Source: Geosiphon pyriformis uo1 (taxonomy: Eukaryota > Fungi > Glomeromycota). From it: DNA of 64,000 nucleotides. The stretch lies in NCBI GenBank assembly GCA_016748015.1, contig JAAOMT010000135.1, positions 1-64,000 on the forward strand. Direction: 5' to 3'. The notes under the pieces are model-generated. The model searched no databases. It was not told where the DNA came from and saw nothing but the letters and a program-made list of their open reading frames with translations. Of this stretch, positions 37,168 through 49,627 are shown piece after piece; the stretch's first letter is position 1; each line of letters starts with the position of its first letter. The translations under genes were made by a program, and so were the position numbers.

Positions 37168-40100
37168 TCATTTGTGATATTTCTTGAGTCGCGTGCCATA
37201 AACAAAGCGATCACTGAAGATTGTTCCATATTGATCTTGTAGGATATATGAACCATTGTTCAAAACTTTGTTGACTATAAAAGGTCTTTTCCAGCAGCTG
37301 GAGAATTTATCACCATAGACATTGTCTCTGTCTGAACAGTATTTCAAAACTAAGTTATCAACACTTAAGGAAAGTGTTTTATAGGTCTTTTTCTTTTTGA
37401 GCTTCTCTTGGAACTGTTTTATCTTTTCAAAGGCAATTATCCATGCTTCTACCAATGAGTCAAGAATGATACCAAGTCTTCTTTGCAAAATGTCCTTGTA
37501 ATCTTCTATTGTTATTTTTTCAAAAGGTATTGTTTCTATATTTGTTTCTATTGGTAGAGTTGCCATTCGTCCATAAAGCAGATAAAAGGGTTCATAACTT
37601 GTTATGTCATGATTCACAGTTTTGTAGGCAAACAAAACTGAAGGCAATACTTTGTCTTATAGGTTGGTTTTTTCACTGGTTTTGGCTAGGGTTTCACATA
37701 GTGTTCTATTAAAACGTTTCACTAGGCCATTTGTTTGGGGGTAATAAGAGGAAAAGAGTTTATGACGTATTCCCATTTTTCTGCAAAGTTTTTCAACCAG
37801 TGTACTGAGAAAAGCTCTTCCTCTATCAGATAAAAGTTCTTTGGAACAGCTGTGGTGACAGATAATATCTTCATAAATGAAATTGGCAATTAAGACTGCT
37901 GTTTGATCTGGAGTGGCTCTTGCTTCTACCCACTTTGTAAAATAGTTGGTAGCTGTGATAATGTATCTGTTGCCATCAGGAGTTATTGTTAAAGATCTAA
38001 CAACATCTATACCAATTCTGTCAAATGGTTGACCAACAGAGATCAGGTGGATATTTTTCTTGTGATTGGGTTTTTCTCTTCTTTGGCAGGTATCACAGGT
38101 TTTGATGTATTCAGCAATGTCTTTTCCCAAGGTAGGCAAATAATAGCAAGCTAAAGTTTTCTGGATTGTTTTTGTTTTTCCAAAGTGTTCAGCTAATGGA
38201 TCAGTGTGCATATTGTAGATCACAATTTCTCTTTCTTCAAATCTGATGACTCTCTGGGGGCAGTCAGGATCTTTTCTATTTCTTTTATATAACTGGTTCT
38301 GGCGAATTAAATAGAAATTTGATTGTTTGCACAAATGTTCTCTTTGTTGTCGAGTATAGTCTGGTGGGTATTGTCCTTTACCCAAAAATTCTATTAAGAC
38401 AGAGTAGTTGTTCAAGTCCATTATCGTGTTTGTTTGTGGGGGAGTTACAAATAATTAAGTTGGTTTGGTTTGAGAGGGTTTTACTATCACTAGATGATAA
38501 GTCTGGAGAGAGCGTCGGTGTTTTAATAATTAGCTCCTTTGCGGTGTTGAATGTTATAATTGAATTTATTCAAGTGGAGTATCCAGCGAGTTATCCGTTT
38601 ATGTTCCAGGTTTCTTTTGTTGCATAGCCAAACCAAAGCTTAATGATCTGTTACCACCAAAAATTTTACACTTTTAAGATATTTGTCTCAGTAACTGGTA
38701 GCCCAAACTACTGCTAAGCATTCTTGCTCTGTGACTGAGTAGTTCCTTTCTGCTGGTGTGAGAGTTCTACTGGTATATGCTATGGTGTGTTCTCTGTTAT
38801 CTTCATCTTTCTGGGAAAGAACAGCACCAAGTCCATAGCCAGATGCATCAGTATGAAGGATAAAAGGTTGATCCAGATTAGGTTGCATGAGGATAGGTTC
38901 TGTAACCAGCTTTTCCTTCAGAATTTTAAATGCTTTTTGTTGATGAGTGCCCCAGTGATAATTGATGTTTTTCCTAAGTAGCTGATTAAGAAGAGTGGCA
39001 ATTTTGGAGAAATCTTTGACAAACTTGCAGTAATAAGAGGCCAAACCAAGAAAAGAGCATAGTTCATGAACATTCATTGGTTGTCTAATGTTTTAAACTT
39101 TTTCAATTTTGGCTGGATCAGGGAAGATTCCATCTTTTGTAATAAAATGGCCAAGGAACTGAGTGGATTGACATCCAAAGAATGATTTAATTGGATTGAT
39201 CTTGAGGCCAGCATTTCTAAGGAGGTCAAAAACCTTTTGCAAATGTTCAAGGTGTTCATCTCAAGTTTTTGAGTATACTATTATGTCGTCCAAGTAAACT
39301 AGAACAAAGTTTTCTTTTACTAATTCAAATACTTTGTTTATTAAGCGTTGAAAGGTGGGAGGAGCATTTGTGAGACCAAAAGGCATGACTGTGAATTCGT
39401 AGGTGCCATACTTGGTGATAAAGACAGTTTTTTTTCTGCTTTCTGGATCCATCTCTACTTGCCAGAATCCAGCAGTTAAGTCAATGGTTGAGAAGAAAGC
39501 AGCACCATGGAATTGGTCTAGCATTGCATCAATCTTGGGAAGTGGGTACATGTCTCTTTCAGTAATGGCATTTAATTGGCGATAGTCAACACAAAAGCAT
39601 AGGGTTCCTCCTTTCTTGGATACCACTACAATTGGGAATGCCCATTCACTCTTGGTTTCCTGTATGAATCCAAGAGTTTTCATTCGGGTTATTTCCTTTT
39701 TAATAAACTCATCATTGCACCAGTTGGATTGATAGGGCTTCAAATGGATGGGGCAAGTTTCTTTGGTGATGATGGTGTGTTGTATTACATGTGTATGTCC
39801 AGGAGGTTCACCTTTTTTTGAGACAACTGGGCTGTTTCTAGTCAGCAGGTTTTCAATGTTTATCTTTTTTTCTTCTGGAGAGGGTTTTCTTTGTTCTACA
39901 ACCAGTAATTGGATTTCAGGTGGTTCATTTTCAAAGGACTTTTGGACTTCTTTTATTTCCTCACGGGGTATCAAGCTGATTGGTTCCCAATCTTTGTAAT
40001 AGATCAGGCAGGACATGCATTCATTGCTAGGAGAATACAATGGTTTGTCGTACCAGCACTGGACACAAGGACCATGCCACCAATAACTGTATTTGGCTTT

Positions 40101-41180
40101 CTTGCCTGGCTTTCTGTCAAAGGTTCTTCTGAGCATGTCATAATAAGGCCAGCAGATCAGCTTGCCATTGACAATGATTTTTTCTTTATCTGCCTTGACA
40201 TTATCTAGTGGTTTGTTATTGTTGGTAAAGATGGTATAGGCGAGTTCAGCAGTTTTTTCTTGTTCTTCTTGTTCTTCTTCTTCCTCACTTTCTTTATCAT
40301 CTGATTTGTCTGATTCATTTTCTTCTGGGCTCTGCTTGGGTACTAGGGGAGTTGTCCAATGGCGACACTTAACCACAATGGGTTTCTCACCACATCTGAT
40401 GGTTAGTTTACAGAGTTCATAATCAAGCAAAGCTTTTGCTTTCTTGAGCCATTCATTGCCAACAATGATGGTGTATTCTTTCACTTCAAATACTTCTATA
40501 TCAGTTTCAATGCTGATGCCATTGATGCAGACAGAAATAGCTTTGGTTATGCCAAGCTCTTTTTTCTTATTATCATGCACATTGGTCATTGGTCATATGG
40601 ATGGTTCATTAATTTTTCTGCCAATTGCTTCAAGAAAGTATTTGGCAATAACACTAACAGATGATTCACTGTCTAGGATCAAATCAATGAAGTAGCCAGC
40701 CACTTGGGCTTTGCAAATTAGAGGAGTGACATTGCTATTGTCAGTAAGTCCAGCTTGGCAAGGGTGTTTGTTGGTTTTGGGTGTCTTTTTCTTTGGAATC
40801 AGAGATTTGCAAAAATCTTTTCTGAATTGTTGATGGGTCATTAATTGGCCAAAGGTTATATGTGTTGGGGTTTCCATGAGATCTTTGACAACAGAATAAG
40901 GGCCGGATTTTTGTACTATTTCTGGGGGTTCTAACTTTGGAGGGTTCTTGAAAACTTTGGCTTTTGGGGGCTCATTGTTGTTAGCAGTTGATGTAGAAGC
41001 TTTATTGGGGTCCAGAACAAAATCAACTTTAGCTTTCTTCTTCTTTCTTGTGGATTCAGAGGGGTTGATTGCTAGTTCATCCATGTCATGGTCATCATCA
41101 GTTAAGTTAAAAGTGTAAAAAGAGTTTTCTTCTGGTTGGCTTATACTCTCACCCTTTGGAGGTGCGCCTACCAGTTTAAA
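37168..41180 (-). pseudogene. pol: Family C Pol (PR, acidic/Cys insert, RT, RNase H, integrase)
   Basis: LILDSES (DSG), CFCVDYRQLN, YPLPKID, VYLDD, LHTDASGYGLGAVL, IGIDVV...PQTNGLVKRFNRTL. Confidence 0.95.
41137..41180 (-). promoter_or_regulatory. -1 ribosomal frameshift signal (U UUA AAC plus downstream stem-loop) at the gag/pol junction of family C
   Basis: Sense CCT TTA AAC TGG TAG; pol continues in the -1 frame; heptamer kept at 31704-31710, 45885-45891 and 55352-55358. Confidence 0.8.
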
Positions 41181-42721
41181 GGCTGATAAACAGTGGCTTC
41201 AACTAGGGGATCCTCTCCAAAGAAGTTGATGTTGGCATGATTGGGTCTTTGGTTGGAAACATTGTTGTTGTTGGGTCTGTTGTTCTGGACATCATTGTTT
41301 CTGGGAACTGGTGGAGGTAGTGGAGGATTGTTGCAATCTCTTAAAAAGTGTCCAGTTAATCCACAGCGATAGCATACAAGTGGGCCACGATTTTGTTGTC
41401 TTTGATAAGGTGGTTGCTGAGACTGATTGAAGCATGGTTCAAATTTGGATCTTTGTGGTTGTTGATTTTCTCTGACTGCTTGGGCTATGGGTTCTAATAA
41501 CTGGGCAAGATTTGCTGTGAGTCTGTCTATTAACTGTTCATTTGGATCTTGAGTGTGAGTGGCAAAAGAAGTAGCAGCCATTTAAGGGACAGGAGCCATA
41601 ACAGAAGCAGGAGCAAAAACTGGTAGTGTAAATCCCAAGTGCATCTTTTGGTTATCTTCAATTCTTTGTGCTAATTTAATGGCCATATCCATGGTGGGGT
41701 TATCTTTTAGGGCTAGAAGGGGCCAAAGAGCATATGATAGATCAGTTCTCAATCCTTTTGTGAAGGAGTGAATTTTCTGCTCTTCTGTCCAATTTCTCCC
41801 AGAGTTTACACGTTTGATTAGTTTTCTAATAGCCTTGGCATATTTAGTCACTACTTCTCCAGGATCTTGGGTTCTTCTTTCCAATTCCATGCACCATTTG
41901 GATATTAATATTGGGGTTCTGAACTTGGCCTCAAATTGGGTAGTGAAAGAGGTATTTTTTTTTTCAGCATTGATTGGTGTCCATCTGATTATTCTGTGTT
42001 GAGCATTGGCATCTGTTTCTTGTAAGAACCAGATAGCAGGAGAGCCTTGGAGGTAGCCACCAACGATTTGGAACTTGTATTTTTCATTATACTGGTTGGC
42101 TGTGGCAGCTCTCTCAAAATCATCCAACCATTCAATTAAATCTTGTGCATCACCTCTAAATAGTGGTAGTGGGGTATTGTTTCTTCTTCCTAGAGCAGTT
42201 TGTATACCTTGAAGGGCGGCCAGAATGTTTGCTTGCATGGGGTCATTAGCCATTGGTTCAGGGATAACTGTTTGTGTAGACGAGTCTGATTCACTTGATA
42301 AAAGGTCAAAAACAGGGGCAGTTTGGTAACTTTCTTCTTCTGTTTCAAAGAGAGTTTCAGTTGCTTGATGGGCAGCAACCCAAATATGGATTTGATGATT
42401 CAGATATTCTAAATCAGAAGGCTGTTGTTCAAAAGTTGCAGAATATAAGAGTTGATTGATACTGTTGTTTCTTTCTTCAAAGTCATTTTCAAAATAAGCT
42501 TGGTCAAAGTAATAGGTCGTATAAGCTGTGTAGGTTTCAGCTGAATGCTCGTTCAGAAACCAGTTCCAAAAGTCTTGGAATTGTCTACTGGATTGTTCTT
42601 CAAGGGGGAAACAGATCAAGCAGGAGAGCAGAGAATTAAGTTCAATGAAATCTAGATCGTTTTTGTTGTGTACTGCAAAGTGTTCTTCTGATTGCTGTGG
42701 CAGATATGAGTAATTACCCAT
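41168..42721 (-). pseudogene. gag: Family C Gag (capsid-like region, CCHC knuckle CYRCGLTGHFLRDC)
   Basis: ORFs 41582..42721 and 41168..41581, separated by one stop. Confidence 0.93.
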
Positions 42722-42750
42722 ACAATGAGGAAATAAGTGAATTTTGACAA

Positions 42751-42767
42751 CCTCACAGGGAGCACCA
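42751..42767 (-). promoter_or_regulatory. Primer-binding site of family C (TGGTGCTCCCTGTGAGG), 6 nt from the LTR end
   Basis: Seen also at C4, C5 and C6 (62587 onward), and decayed at C2. Confidence 0.85.
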
Positions 42768-43292
42768 CTTTTATGTTATGGGTTGGAGTAACAAGCTAAC
42801 GGATAGCAAGGGAGAACAGTATTGTATGGTGATAGAAATAAACAAAGAGGGAATTACAATAAGGGAGCAAATTAAATAAGTAAGAATTCAATGTGTGTGA
42901 TCAGTCTCATAAAAATTACAGTCACTAATCTTTTCTTAAATCTGAAGGTAAAGGAATAGTCCATGATTGTCAACAAGATAACACTGCTGCTATTATTCTA
43001 TGCCTCAACTTGGCGATTCTTAGAATCAATAACAGGTATCATTGTGCTTTTCAATCATTTCTTTATTCAATGAATTACAAGAGCAAGCCAATTGCTTCTC
43101 AGACTAATTCTAACAAATACAAATTAAGAAGGGGAAAAGATAAGGTATGTGAATGCCAACAAGTAGATACTTGAAAGTAAGGAAAAGGGAATAAGCGATT
43201 ATGAGAGGAAGTAATTGATATTGTTTATTTCGTTACTTTGATCATGTCTTTCTACAGTTAAGGGAATCATTGCTTATATAGCTATCTAAAGT

Positions 43293-43423
43293 GGTCAACA
43301 ACCAGGTCAATGATCAGGTCAATGATCAGGTCAATGATTAAGTCAACAATCAGGTCATTGATTAGGTCAATGATTAGGTTAATGATCAGGCCAACGGTTA
43401 GGTCATTGATCAGGTCAACAATC
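43293..43423 (+). repeat. 12-bp tandem array (GGTCAAYGATCA) in family C U3; present in every C LTR that retains this region
   Basis: About 11 units here, about 6 at 36281-36352; also ~7192-7272, 29499-29590, 50513-50595, 56887-56958, 57112-57194. Followed in element sense by a GCTATATAAG TATA-like box. Confidence 0.92.
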
Positions 43424-46400
43424 ACTATCTAAAAATAGGGTGGCTAATTTATATGACATCAGTGGCTAATACATGTGATAACTAATAAAAACTATGGGTT
43501 TCAACCATAACAATATGTTCTCTGCTATTTTCATTTTTTTGTAAAAAGACAGCACCAAGTCTATAGCCAAATGTATTAGTGTGAAGAATGAAAGATTGGT
43601 CCAAATCAGATTGCTTGAGAGTTGGTTTAGTAACAAGTTTTTTTTTTAGAATTTCAAAAACTTTTTGTTGATGAGTACTTCAGTGATAATTGACATTTTT
43701 CTTGAGTAATTGATTAAAAGAAAAGGTGATTTTAGAGAAATCTTTGATAAATTTGTAATAGTAAGAAGCCAAACCAAAAAAAGAGCATAGTTTAGGAACA
43801 TTTATTGATTGTTTAATGTTTTAAACTTTTTCAACTTTAGCTGAGTCAGAGAAAATTTTGTCTTTTGTAATAAGATGACCAAGAAACTGGGTAGATTGGA
43901 ATCTAAAGAAAGATTTAATTGGGTTGATCATAAGACCAGTATTTCTGAGCAGGTCAAAAACCTTCAAGATGTTCATCCCAGATTTTTGAGTAGATCATTA
44001 TATTGTTTAAGTAGACTAGAACAAAGTTTTTTTTTACTGATTCAAATACTTTGTCAATTAGCCATTGAAAGATAGGAGGGGTATTGGTAAAACCAAAAAA
44101 CATGACTGTGAATTCATAGGTACCATACTTGGTGATAAAGGCAGTTTTCTTTCTGCTTTCTAAATTCATCTTTACTTGCCAAAATCCAGCAGTTAAGTCA
44201 ATGGTTGAGAAGAAAACAGCACTATTGAATTTATTTAACATTGTATTAATTTTGGGGAGTGGATACATGTCTTTTATAGTAATGGCATTTAATGAGTGAT
44301 AGTCAACATAGAAGCATAAGGTTCCACCTTTCTTGGATATCACTATAACTGAAAAAGCCCATTTACTCTTGGTTTTTTGTATGAATCCAAGATTTTTTAT
44401 CTGGTTTATTTCTTTCTTGATAAACTCATTATTGTGTTAATTGAATTAATAAGACTTCAAATGGATGGAATGAGTTTCTTTAGTGGTAATAGTGTGTTGT
44501 ATCATATGAGTTCATCCAGGAGTATCACCTTCTTTTGAAATAACTGGGCTATTTTTAGCCAACAGATTTTCAATGTTCATTTTTCTTTCTTCAAAGGAAG
44601 GTTTTCTTTGTTCTACAACTAGTGATTGGATTTCAAGTAGTTTATTCTCAAAGAACTTCTGTACTTTTTTTAGTTCTTCTCTGGGTATTAAACTAATTGG
44701 CTTCCAATCTTTGTAATAGATCAGACAGGACTTGTATTCATTACTAGAGAAATACAAAGATTTATTGCATTAGCATCTGGCACAAGGGCCATGTTACCAA
44801 TAACTGTATTTTGTTTTCTTGCCAGATTTTCTATCAAAGATTTTTCTGAGGATATTATAGTAGGGCCAGCAGATCAGCTTGCCATTTACCATAATTTCTT
44901 TTTTGTCAGCTTTAACATTATCCAGTGGCTTGCCATTGCTAGTGAAAATAGTATAGATGAGTTTAGCAGTTTCTTTTTGTTCTTCTTAATCTTCTTCTTT
45001 ATTGCTTTTATCATCATCTAATTCATCTGATCGTTCTTTTTCTTGATTCTGCTTGGATACTGGAGAAGTTGTCCAATGATAGCATTTAATTACAATGGGC
45101 TTTTCACCACATCTGATGGTTACAAAGTTCATAGTTAAGTAATGCTTTGGCTTTTTTAAGCCACTTATTGCCAACAATTATGGTATACTCTTTTGCTTTA
45201 AATACTTCTATGTCAGTTTTAATGCTGATGCTATTAATGTGAACAGGAACAGCTTTGGCTATGTCCAGATCTTTTTTTTTGTCACCATATACATTGTTTA
45301 TTGGTCTAGTTGAAGGTTTATCAATTTTTCTGCCTATTGCTTTAAGGAAATGTTTGGCTATAATGCTAACAGATAATTCACTGTCTAAAATCAGATCAAT
45401 AAAATAACCAGCTATTTGGGCTTTGCAGATTAAAGGAGTGACATTGCTGTTGTCAACAAGTCCAGCTTGGTGAGGGTGCTTGTTGATTTTTGGTGTCTTT
45501 TTCTTTGAAATCATGATTTATGAAGATTTTTTCTAAACTGTGGATGGGTTATTAACTGGCCAATAGTGATATGTGCTGGAGTTTCTATAAGATCTTTTAC
45601 AACAAAATAGGGTCCAGATTTTTGTACAATTTTTGGGAGTTCTAACTTTGAAGAATTCTTAAAAACTTTAGTCTTTGGTGGCTCATTGTTATCAGCAGTA
45701 GAAGTTGAGGCTTTGTTGAGATCTAGAATGAAATCAACATTGGCTTTTTTCTTCTTTTTTGTTAAGTCAGAAGTGTTAATTGCCAGTTCATTCATATCAT
45801 AGTCATTATCAGTTAGGTTAAAAGCATAAAAGAGATTTTCTTCTAATTGACTTGTACTCTCATCCTTTGAAGGTGCACCTACTAGTTTAAAGGCTAATAA
45901 ACAGTAGTTTCAACTAGGAGATTCTCTTTAAAGAAATTGATGTTGGTATAATTGGGTTTTTGATTAGGGATATTGTTGTTAATAGTTCTGTTGTTTTAAT
46001 TATCATTGTTTCTAAGAGCTGGAGGTGGCAAAGGAAAATTGTTGCAATCTCTTGAGAAATGTCCAGTTAATTCACAATGGTAGCACACAGATGGGCCATG
46101 ATTTTGCTGTCTTTGGTAAAAAAACTGCTGAGGCTGATTGAAATGTGGTTCAAATTTAGGTTTTTGTGGTTGCTAATTGTCTCTGACTGCTTGGACTAAT
46201 GGTTCTAATAGCCAAGCAAGATTTGTTGTAAGTCTATCTATCAATTGTTTATTGGGGTCTTGAGTTTGGGCAGCAAAAGAAGTAGCAGTCATTTGTGAAA
46301 CAGGAGCCATAACAGAAGCAAAAGCAAAAACTGGAAGAATAGATTCCAGATACATTCTTTGATTATCTTCTATTCTCTGAGCAAGTTCAATAGCCATATC

Positions 46401-47318
46401 CATTGTGAGATTTTTTTTAAGACCAGGAGAAACCAAAAAGCATATAACAGATCTGTTTTCAATTCTTTTATAATGGAATAAATTTTTTGCTCTTCTGTCT
46501 AGTTTCTTCCAAAGTCTACTCTTTTAATTAACTTTCTGATGGCTTTGACATATTTAATTACCACTTCATTAGGACTTTGGGTTCTTTTTTCTAATTCCAT
46601 ATGTCATTTGGATATTAAAATAGGAGTTCTAAATTTCATTTCAAACTGGGTAATAAAAGAGGTGTTATCTTCTTTAGCATTTGCCAGTGTCAATTTAATA
46701 ATTCTTTGCTGAGCATTGGCATTGGTTTCTTGTGAGAACCAAGTAGCAAAAGAGCCTTAAAAGTAGCCACCAATAATTTGGAACTTATATTCATTATCAT
46801 ATTGGTTGGTTGTGGCAGCTCTTTTAAAGTTATTCAACTATTCAATTGAATCTTATGCATTATCTCTGAATAAAAGTAGTGGGATATTATTTCTTTGCCT
46901 TAAAGCAGTTTATATGCCTTGGAGAGCAATTAGAATATTTTGTTGCATGGAGTAGCTGTTTGTGTGGAATGTTTTGATTCACTTGAGAAGAGATCAAAAA
47001 CAAAAGCAGTTTGATAGCTTTCTTCTTCTGTTTCAAAGAGTGTTTCAGTTAACTGATAGGCAGCAATCCAAATGTGAATTTAATGATTCAAGTATTCAGA
47101 ATTATGGGGCTGTTGTTCAAAAGTTGTGGAGTATAAAAGCTGATTGATGCTGTTGTTTCTTTCTTCAAAGTTGTTTTCAATATAAGCTTGGTCAAAGTAA
47201 TAGGTTGTATAAGCTGTATAGGTTTCAGCTGAATACTCATTCAAGAACCAGTTCCAAAAGTTTTAGAATTGTCTACTGAATTGTTTTTCAATAGAGAAGT
47301 AAAACAAACTGAAGAACA

Positions 47319-49627
47319 ACTCTTTCTCTCCCAAATTTTATGACCACAACTAGAGCTAAGAGTAAAAAAGTTGCAAACAGTACTTTTTTTATAGTAACTA
47401 ATAAAGTTTCAACACAAAAGTGTCTTTCTGTTATTAAAGCAGCTAGGCAAAATATTCTAGCTACATTTTTTTTAAAAAACATTAGTGAAAAGCTGTCTTT
47501 AGCAGTTTCTGGTTTATTTTTTTCTCCTTTGGCTGGTAGTTCTTCTCCAGTCAAAGTTCTTTCAAAAAGACATACTTGAGTTAGTCCCAGTGTTGTTTCT
47601 ACTACTTCAAAAAGCCCAAAAATTTTTAATAACAGACTAATCAATAAGTTTGTCTTTCCTGTTCTTAAAAAACACCAGCAAGCAGTTGCAACTGTTATGG
47701 TCACACCAAACCCCTTTGTGGTTCCAGATAAGATCTTGGGTAAGATCTCCACAGCAGCAGCCAGCCTTCTTCCTAATATGGATGGCAATGACTCAACTTT
47801 TAATATGAAGCAAGATCAACCACTGGCTGTATTGCCTAATATGGTAATCTTCAGCAGATTTTTCCTGCCATGGAAACAAAACAGTCTATCATTTCAGATG
47901 ATCTCAAAAATTGGGCTGATTAGATGGAAATGGAATCATCTACTCCTTCCCCAGTTTTTGGTATTGCTGATGAAAATGCTTAAATGAATGTGAATGGTTG
48001 ACAAAAGTTTTCTGGGAAAGTGGTCTCCACTCTTGTGCCTAGTGTCACATTCAAGATTAAGATGGCCTTTTTTAGTTCTTTGTTTCAGCTGCTGCCTGGT
48101 TGTATTGGGCTTAAGTCAGTTTCATGAAATGCTGTTAAGTTGTTTTGTGTGGAATTTGCATCTTAGAAGAGTCTAATTGGTGCCACCAAAATGGCCATTG
48201 GTGATGAGATTTTTTTGATCACTCTTAAGATTGCACAATCTTCTGGTGTGGCCTCTGTTTTTTCTCCTTCTCTGTTAGTTACACTACACAACGTATCTTT
48301 GGGTACTTCTTCTAATAACATCAAAACTGTTCTTGGCATTTTTGGTGTTGTCACATCTGTTAAGTTAAAGTCTGCAATATGCTGTGGTTAATTTTAAGGA
48401 CTCTTCTTCTGCTACTACTGCTCTCTCTTACTGGTCTGTTTTGGTCAGGAAAGACAGTGTTAGGATTCTTTCTATTGCCAACCAAAAAAAAGTTATCTCT
48501 TCAAAAGATGCTTTCAAAGTTAAGCTGGTAAATTTTCTATTTGGCTGTACTGCATTTGAAATAAGTAATCTGGTCTCTCAAGTTGGTGGCCATACATGTT
48601 TCATTCTCTGCTCTTTTGATTCCTATCAATGTTAATGCTTTGCTGTGATGATCTTTGATTTCTTAGAATTTTTAAATGCTGTTGTTTCAAAAACTGGTAC
48701 CTTGTATGGCTGCTACAGATGTTAAAGTTTAGATTATTTGGCTGTGGACTGCAAGGTGTTGCCACCCCTCCCTCCCAAACTTTCTTCTAATTTTGCTGGT
48801 GGTGCCAATATCTTCAAGTCATTTTTTGTTGGAGTTAAATCCTATGTCAAGGCTGCTGCTTCTGTGGTTCCTCCTATTGCTGCTGCTGCTGATATAGATC
48901 TGGCTTTCAGTTTCCCCCCCCCAAAGATATTGTGCTTCTGTTGCCTGTTGTCTCCTCTGGTTTAAATGTTGCTGTTAATGCTAAGTTGGCTTCTTTGGAA
49001 ATCCAACTTAGTGAACTGTCTTTGTTGATCAAATTTATAGTTGAGCCTGTGGGTTTTTTGGTTGTGTTGGTTACTAAATTATTGTCTACTCTACCTGTTA
49101 TAACAAAGGCAATGAAAAAAAGTATGGTTGGATTGAGAAACCAAATTAATGCTGTTCATGCTGTGGCTTCTGTGTTACAAAAGGAAGTGAGGGCCATCAA
49201 GTTGAGGAGTGGAAAGGTCTATTTTGACATATTTAATGATGAAAACATGGATAATAATAATGATAATGATAATAATGTTAAAGATTTTTTAATCTATGAT
49301 AACATATTTGATGTGATGATAGAATTATGGAAGGTTCAATCCTCTAATGTCAAATCTGATCTTGATCAGACTGCTAAATAGATGAGTGGTCTTATTAAAA
49401 GTAGTCATAAGCTTGTATGCATTATGGGTAAGATGTATGAATTAGATATGTTTAATACATTAGGTAGCAAAGATAATACTAATGTATAGTTAGGACTTTA
49501 TGCTTGTGGTTAGTCACATCTTGTGATTTTTGTATTATTGGGTGAGCTGGCTTTATGAAACCACTATATTACAGTGGGCTTAACTAATAAACGACCAGCA
49601 TGGCTACACATTAACAAAAAAAAAAAA
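47319..49627 (+). mobile_element. Family D copy D1: poly(A)-tailed ORF1-only retroposon inserted in C4 gag
   Basis: Starts ACTCTTTCTCTCCCAAATTT-ATG, ORF remnant 47340-49489, ends CATTAAC-A(n); degenerate ~30-bp duplicated flank 47289-47319 / 49628-49658. Confidence 0.88.

Larger units (their letters stand above)
35762..43512 (-). mobile_element. Full-length family C copy C3 (~7.75 kb), least decayed element in the window
   Basis: LTRs 35762-36440 and 42774-43512; TSD ATAT on both sides; longest ORFs (442, 379, 254 aa). Confidence 0.97.

Noticed and set aside
42700-42721. N-myristoylation of family C Gag (MGNYSY/MGDYSY)
   Set aside because: Position 6 is Tyr rather than Ser/Thr, one copy has Asp at position 3 and others begin MD; weak support.
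43293-43423. AGGTCA repeats as nuclear-receptor response elements
   Set aside because: The context appears fungal, where nuclear receptors are absent; the similarity is probably coincidental.
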